NCBI GenBank assembly: GCA_963749495.1
Contig: CAVVMW010000021.1
Span: 1-64,000 of the forward strand
Direction of reading: 5' to 3'
Source: an uncultured bacterium
GTDB lineage: Bacteria > Verrucomicrobiota > Verrucomicrobiia > Limisphaerales > UBA8199
Length of the DNA stretch: 64,000 bases
This document shows, one piece after another, positions 63,743 to 64,000 of this stretch (positions within the stretch are counted from its first letter, which is position 1; every line of letters starts with the position of its first letter). Both the position numbers and the translations under genes were made by a program. The notes under the pieces were generated by a model. That model did no database searches. It worked only from the letters and a program-made list of their open reading frames with translations, and was not told the origin of the DNA.

Positions 63743-63848
63743 TTCAATAGTTCGATATTTCGATGTTTTGAGTAGCCAAAACCGGCCGTATCGGTTATCC
63801 TCGTGCGGTTCACGAGTCTGAGTCTGACTCGATTCGATTGCAGGATGC

Positions 63849-64000
<152 letters not shown>

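Overview
GC-rich bacterial chromosome segment. Gene content suggests Verrucomicrobiota (PVC superphylum): DUF1553/DUF1501/PPC cluster, prepilin-type H-x-x-G proteins, mcsA-mcsB-clpC. This taxonomy is an inference. The window carries mlaEFD, tmk, cysS, rhaBTA, adk, metG, clpC/mcsB/mcsA/ilvE, tRNA-Glu, an orphan nuoA, queD, a luxE/luxC-like pair, a GH106-like hydrolase, several TA-like pairs and small 'guest' genes (Uma2, four-helix-bundle, GxxExxY). About eight single-base frameshifts, some in essential genes, look like long-read consensus errors. Three things stand out. (1) A lexA-linked ORF of about 1,630 aa fuses a DinB/Pol IV-type Y-family polymerase with intact catalytic motifs to a complete DnaE2-like C-family polymerase. 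(2) A dense set of heptamer-armed hairpin elements, REP-like palindromes and MITE-like repeats sits on gene stop codons and also lies in frame inside genes (the polymerase three times, luxE, the PPC protein signal peptide, the rhaT tail), with strand or sequence choices that avoid stop codons. (3) One heptamer hairpin family has a core with compensatory base changes and is attached to a four-helix-bundle (IVS/Avd-like) gene, suggesting a small mobile system.
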